Shown here one piece after another: positions 58,948-64,000 of a DNA stretch of 64,000 nt; within the stretch, counting starts at the first letter, position 1; every line of letters begins with the position of its first letter. The notes under the pieces are model-generated. The model did no database searches. It was not told the origin of the DNA and was given only the letters and a program-made list of their open reading frames with translations. The position numbers and the translations under genes were made by a program. The DNA is from Squalus acanthias (lineage: Eukaryota), in the NCBI GenBank assembly GCA_030390025.1, contig CM059432.1:46130001-46194000 (forward strand). Reading direction: 5' to 3'.

Positions 58948-61339
58948 AATTATTTATGTCCACCTATCATATTATGATCACTCTTCCCTAGAGGATCCTT
59001 TACTATGAGATTACTAATTAACCCTGTTTCATTACACAATACAAGATCTAAAATAGCCTGTTCCCTGATTGGTTCCACAAAGTAGTGTTCCAGGAAACTG
59101 TCTTGAATGCATTCCATGAACTCGTCTCCAGACTATATTTGCCAATTTGATTTGCCCAATCTATATGAAGATTAAAGTCCCCCACGATTATTGCATTATC
59201 TTTGTTACAAGCACCTACTATTTCTTGATTAATGCTCTGTCCAACAGTATAGCTACTGTTAGGGGGCCTATAAACTATTCCCACCAGTGTTTTCTGCCCC
59301 TTATTATTTCTTATCTCCACCTATACTAATTCTATATCCTGATCTTCCAAGCCAAGATCCTTTCTCACTACTGTCCGCATGTCATCCTTTATTATCCCCC
59401 CTTTTCCATTCTGTATGTCTTTTTGAAGCGTCAAGTACCCTGGAATATTTAGTTCCCAACCTTGGTCACCTTGCAACCACGTCTCTGTAATAGCTATTAG
59501 ATCGAAGCCATGTATCTCTACTTGTGCCACTAATTCATCTATCTTGTTACAAATGCTTCATGAAATCAGATAAAGAGCCTTTAATTTTAAACTTTTTACC
59601 ATTATTCCCTGTTTTCACCTTATTCGCTCGTGCACTATTACTGTTAAACTCTCTGTCCCTTTTCTGCTTATCTTTACCCAAATCGCTACATTGCTCCATT
59701 GCCTTGACTTTTCTCTTTAGATTTCTAAATTTCCCCTCACCTGACCCCTCCCCCCACTTTTTAGTTTAAAGCCCTCGCTACAGCCCTAGTTATTCGATTC
59801 GCCAGGACACTGATCCCAGCCCAGTTTAAGTGGAGCCTCTCCCAACGGAACAGCTCCCTCTTTCCCCAGTATTGGCTCCAGTGCCCTATGAATCGAAACC
59901 CCTTCCTCCCACACCACTCTTTGAGCCATGCATATAACTATCTGATCTGCTTGTCCCTTTGCCAATTTGCGCGTGACTCAGATAACGGAGATTATTACCT
60001 TTGAGGTTCTGCATTTTAATTTGAACCCTAGTTCCTCAAACTCTCTCAGCAGAACCTCATTCCTAGTTCTACCTATGTCATTGGTTCCTACGTGGAACAT
60101 GACAGCTGGATCCTCCCCCTCCCACTTCAAATTCTTCTCCAGCCACAAGGGAATATCCTTAACCCTGGCACCATGCAGGCAACACAGCCTTCGGAACTCC
60201 CGGTCGCAGCTGCAGAGAATAGTATCGAGCCCCTTGACTATACTGTCACCTACCACTACAACATTCGTTTTCACTACCCCCACTCGAATGGCCTCCTGTA
60301 CCATGGTGCTGTGGTCAGTAAGCTCATCCACCCTGCAGACTTTGCCCTCATCCACACAGGCAGCAAAAACCTCATACGTGTTGGATAAGGGCAAAGGCCG
60401 AGGCCCCTCCAGCACTGCACCTGGGGTCCCCTTACCTGCCTGAGTTGCAGTCACACCCTCCTGGCCCTGACTACTAACCAGACCTGTATCACTACCTAAC
60501 CTAAGGGATGTGACTGCCTCCTAGGTCAACATGTCCAGATAACTCTCCCCCTCCCTGATGCCCTGCAATATTTGCACCTTTCTCTCCAGCTCAACAACTC
60601 TGAGCTGAAGTTCATCGAGATACAGACACTTACTGCAGACGTGGTCGTCCGGGATCACGATGCTCTCCACAAACTCCCACATGCTGCAGTTGTGGCACAC
60701 CACCTGCACTGCCATCCTTGTTGCATTTATTTAATTAATTAAAGTTTACTTAGCTTATAGTTTAGCTTTTTAACTAATTACTAGATCTAGTTTAAGGTAT
60801 AGGTTGATAAAATTAAATATTTATCTGTAACACAAAGCACTACAAGAATTGAGGCAAAAAGCAGCACCTGCTGCCTCTCTGCTCTGAATTCCCATTCTCT
60901 CCAAATTACCAACTTTAACACTCTGTTTAGAAGCACTCCATTTAAGACCACTCCGTTTATGGATATCCTAGTTGTGTATGTGTAAACTCTCATACAACAT
61001 ATATTTCTTGCTGAACCTCTGTTTTTAGAGAAAACTTGTAACGCATTGCAGACAATTTTATTCGGCTCCTGTAGAACAGTCCATTTCTTTTTTCCTTTTT
61101 TTGAGAAGCAATTGTTACCAAAATGACCACCCTAGTCAATTTTGAGCTCTTATCAATCTTCTTCAAGAAAAAAAGCTTTTATATAACACCTTTCACATCT
61201 CAGGCCAATGAAGTATTTTGAAAATGCAGTCTTTGTGCCCGGCCGATAATTGCGCCCCAAACGAGGCGAAACCAAATTTCTCCCCCTTTGCTTCTCTAGT
61301 TGTATATCAAAGTCTAGAATATATTGGAATAAACTGGAA

Positions 61340-61850
61340 ATTTCTCACAGCTATCAGAGCTTCTCCTTTCCTCCAGGATCCCTTGCCCATTTTTGTCAGT
61401 TGGTTGATATTTGGTCTCATTTCTGGCTCCCACATGATTACTACTTGTCATTATTTAATAGCTTCACTCTGTCTCACTTAAGTTATTGTTTCAATAAAGA
61501 TTAACTGTGGTTCTCATTTCTCAGACAGTCTCTTGTGTTATAGACCCAGTGCAATACAAATTAATCATGCAGTGTACCACAGGCTCATCCCACTAATTTG
61601 GCTTGTTCTTGTTTCTTTTGATTGAATTTAGCTCTTTTTGAACTGTAAAATTTCTGCAGACTACAAAATGTTTTCCAAATTAATCTCATACAGTATCATA
61701 AATACCCCCCACCACTCTAGAACAGTTGAAAAGAATGCAAACAGACCAAAGGTCAGGAAAGTCATCCCTAAAATATCTCTTGCTTCTTCATCCAACATGT
61801 GCATCAATGTGTTGATCTGTGCATTTTTTCTACCTACGCCTGAAACAATT
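61340..61850 (-). pseudogene. Very old Gypsy-like gag relic
   Basis: Minus-strand translation gives QINTLMHMLDEEARDIL, CGTLHD, GL*HKRLSEK and VRQSEAIK in the order I recall for Mag-type gag; heavily decayed. Confidence 0.4.
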
Positions 61851-62218
61851 CTAAATCTTTTAAATTACCTATTCATTATGGTCACTTTGCTGACTTACTA
61901 AAATCAAATTTATCTGCTGTATTTCTGTGGGATAAAAGCCAATGACCCAGAATTTACAGTCCGGATGATGGCGAACTGGCAGCGTTCACTGTCATTCCGC
62001 CTTTGAAACTGATCGCAACTTTAGGATTTGGTGCATCCCAAAGTTGCGGTCAGTCATTGACAGCTCCGAAACAGGCTCCGCTGTGCCCTTCCCCCCGCAC
62101 TGCCCCCCCCTCCCCCACCCCTCTCCCCCCCCCCCGCCCCCCACCCAAAGAGCCGGCAATCTGTGTAATCAGCCAAATCAGGGAATCTGACGAAAACTTC
62201 AGCTATTCCGCAGTAATT

Positions 62219-64000
62219 ACATAGAAACATAGAAGATAGGAGCAGGAGTAGGCCATTCGGCCCCTCGAGCCTGCTCCGCCATTCGATGAGATCATGGTTG
62301 ATCATCCAAACTCAGTACCCTGTCCCTGCCTTCTCCCCATATCCCTTGATACCTTTAGCCTTAAGAAATATATCTAACTCCTCCTTGAATATATTTACTG
62401 ACTTGGCCTCAACTGCCTTCTGTGGTAGAGAATTTCACAGGTTCACCACTCTCTGGGTGAAGAAATTCCTCCTCATCTCTGTCCTAAATGGCTTACCCCT
62501 TATCGTTAAACTGTGACCTCTTGTTCTGGACTCCCCCCGCCATCGGGAACATCCTTCCTGCATCCAGTCTGTCTAGCCCTGTTAGAATTTTATAAGTTTC
62601 AATGAGATCTCCTCTCATTCTTCTAAACTCCAGAGAGTATAAGCCCAATTGACCCAATCTCTCCTTGTACGTCATTCCTGCCATCCCAGGTATCAGTCTG
62701 ATGAATCTTCACTGCACATCCTCCATGGCAAGAACATCCTTCCTCAGATAAGGCGACCAAAACTGCACACAATACTCAAGGTGTGGTATCACCAAGGCCC
62801 TGTACAGCTGCAGCAAGACATCCTTGTTCCTGTACTCAAACCCTCTCGCTACGAAGGCCAACATACCATTTGCCTTCTTAACTGCCTGCTGTACCTGCAT
62901 GCTTACCTTCAGCGACTGGTGCACAAGGACACCCAGGCCTCGTTGCACTTCCCCTTCACCCAATCTATTGCCGTTCAGATAATAATCTGCCTTTCTGTTT
63001 TTGCCACCAAAGTGGATAACCCCGCATTTATCCACATTAAACTGCAACTGCCATGCATCTGCCCAATCACCCAATCTGTCCAAATCATACTGGAGTTTCT
63101 CGGCATCCTCCTCGCAGCACACACGCCCACCCAGCTTTGTGTCATCTGCAAACTTGGAGATATTACATCTAGTTCCATCATCTAGATCATTAATATATAT
63201 AATGAATAGCTGGGGTCCTAGGACCGATCCCTGCGGAACCCCACTAGTCACTGCCTGCCACTCGGAAAAAGACCCGTTTATTCCAACTCTTTGCTTCCTG
63301 TCTGCCAACCAGTTCTCTATCCAAGTCAGTACCTTGCCCCCAATCCCATGTGCCTTAATTTTGCACGCTAATCTCTTATGCGGGACCTTATTGAAAGCCT
63401 TCTGAAAGTCCAAATACACCACATCCACTGGTTCTCCCTTATCTATTCTATCAGTTACATCCTCAAAAAATTCCAGTATATTAGTCAAGCACGATTTACC
63501 TTTTGTAAATCCATGTTGACTTTGTCCAATCCTGTCACTGTTTTCCAAGTGCTCTGCTATTACATCTTTTATAATGGACTCTAGCATTTTCCCCATAACC
63601 GATGTCAGGCTTACCGGTCTATAATTCCCCGTTTTTTCTTTACCACCTTTTTTAAACAGTGGGGTAACATTAGCTACCCTCCAATCCATGGGAACTGTTC
63701 CAGAGTCTATAGAATTTTGGAAGATGACCAGCAATGCATCTATTATTTCTAGGGCCACTTCCTTAAGTACCCTAGGATGTAGATTATCAGGCCCTGGGGA
63801 TTTATCGGCCTTTAATGCCATCAATTTCCCTACCACCATTTCCCTACAAATACTGATTTCATTCAGTTCCTCCCTCTCATTAGACCCTATGTTCCCCGAC
63901 ATCTCTGGGAGGTTATTTGTGTTCTCCTTTGTGAAGACAGAGCCAAAGTATGTATTTAATTGGCCTGCCATTTCTTTGTTTCCCATTATAAATTCCCCTG
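62219..64000 (-). mobile_element. Young CR1 (RT region and 3' UTR), running off the window
   Basis: 425-aa ORF 62709-63986 very similar to 27011-27898 and to the 953-aa ORF; stop at a CGA>TGA site; TTTCTATG tail. Confidence 0.93.

Larger units (their letters stand above)
50635..60960 (-). mobile_element. Second full-length decayed CR1, same family as 37500-45440, broken by many nested insertions
   Basis: 5' UTR 60960-60720; ORF1 MAVQVVCHNCS...VVVGDSIV...FHVGTNDIG (60715-59760); endonuclease 59560-58965; ORF2 pieces 56037-55872, 54978-54582, 52890-52258, 51607-51445, 51130-50635. Confidence 0.8.

Overview
Eukaryotic, gene-poor, transposon-saturated DNA; the repeat families (CR1 LINEs, V-domain and Deu-domain SINEs, Penelope-like elements, PIF/Harbinger) point to a cartilaginous fish, probably a shark (inference). 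No host protein-coding exon could be supported. The window is a stack of nested insertions. It holds many CR1 copies, including one uninterrupted 953-aa endonuclease+RT ORF2 (22876-25737), a 799-aa 5'-truncated ORF2 and two fragmented full-length copies with an esterase-type ORF1. It also holds a second CR1/L2-group LINE family, an L2 3' end, SINEs whose tails match LINEs in the same window, and two ~1.25-kb solo LTRs with 4-bp TSDs. Three decayed PIF/Harbinger coding elements occur with more than 12 non-autonomous derivatives, most with 3-bp TSDs. Penelope-like elements include a GIY-YIG remnant. The most interesting signal lies outside the ORF track: three intact minimal type I hammerhead ribozyme cores (22256-22292 -, 44151-44187 +, 55232-55268 -) plus degenerate copies, carried by Penelope-derived insertions, three of which are short units with 12-bp TSDs. 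Other notable signals are two MITE insertions at the same CR1 codon, MITE-like ends with inverted rather than direct flanks, and a CR1 with a doubled 3' tail. All calls were made by eye; coordinates of old elements are approximate.
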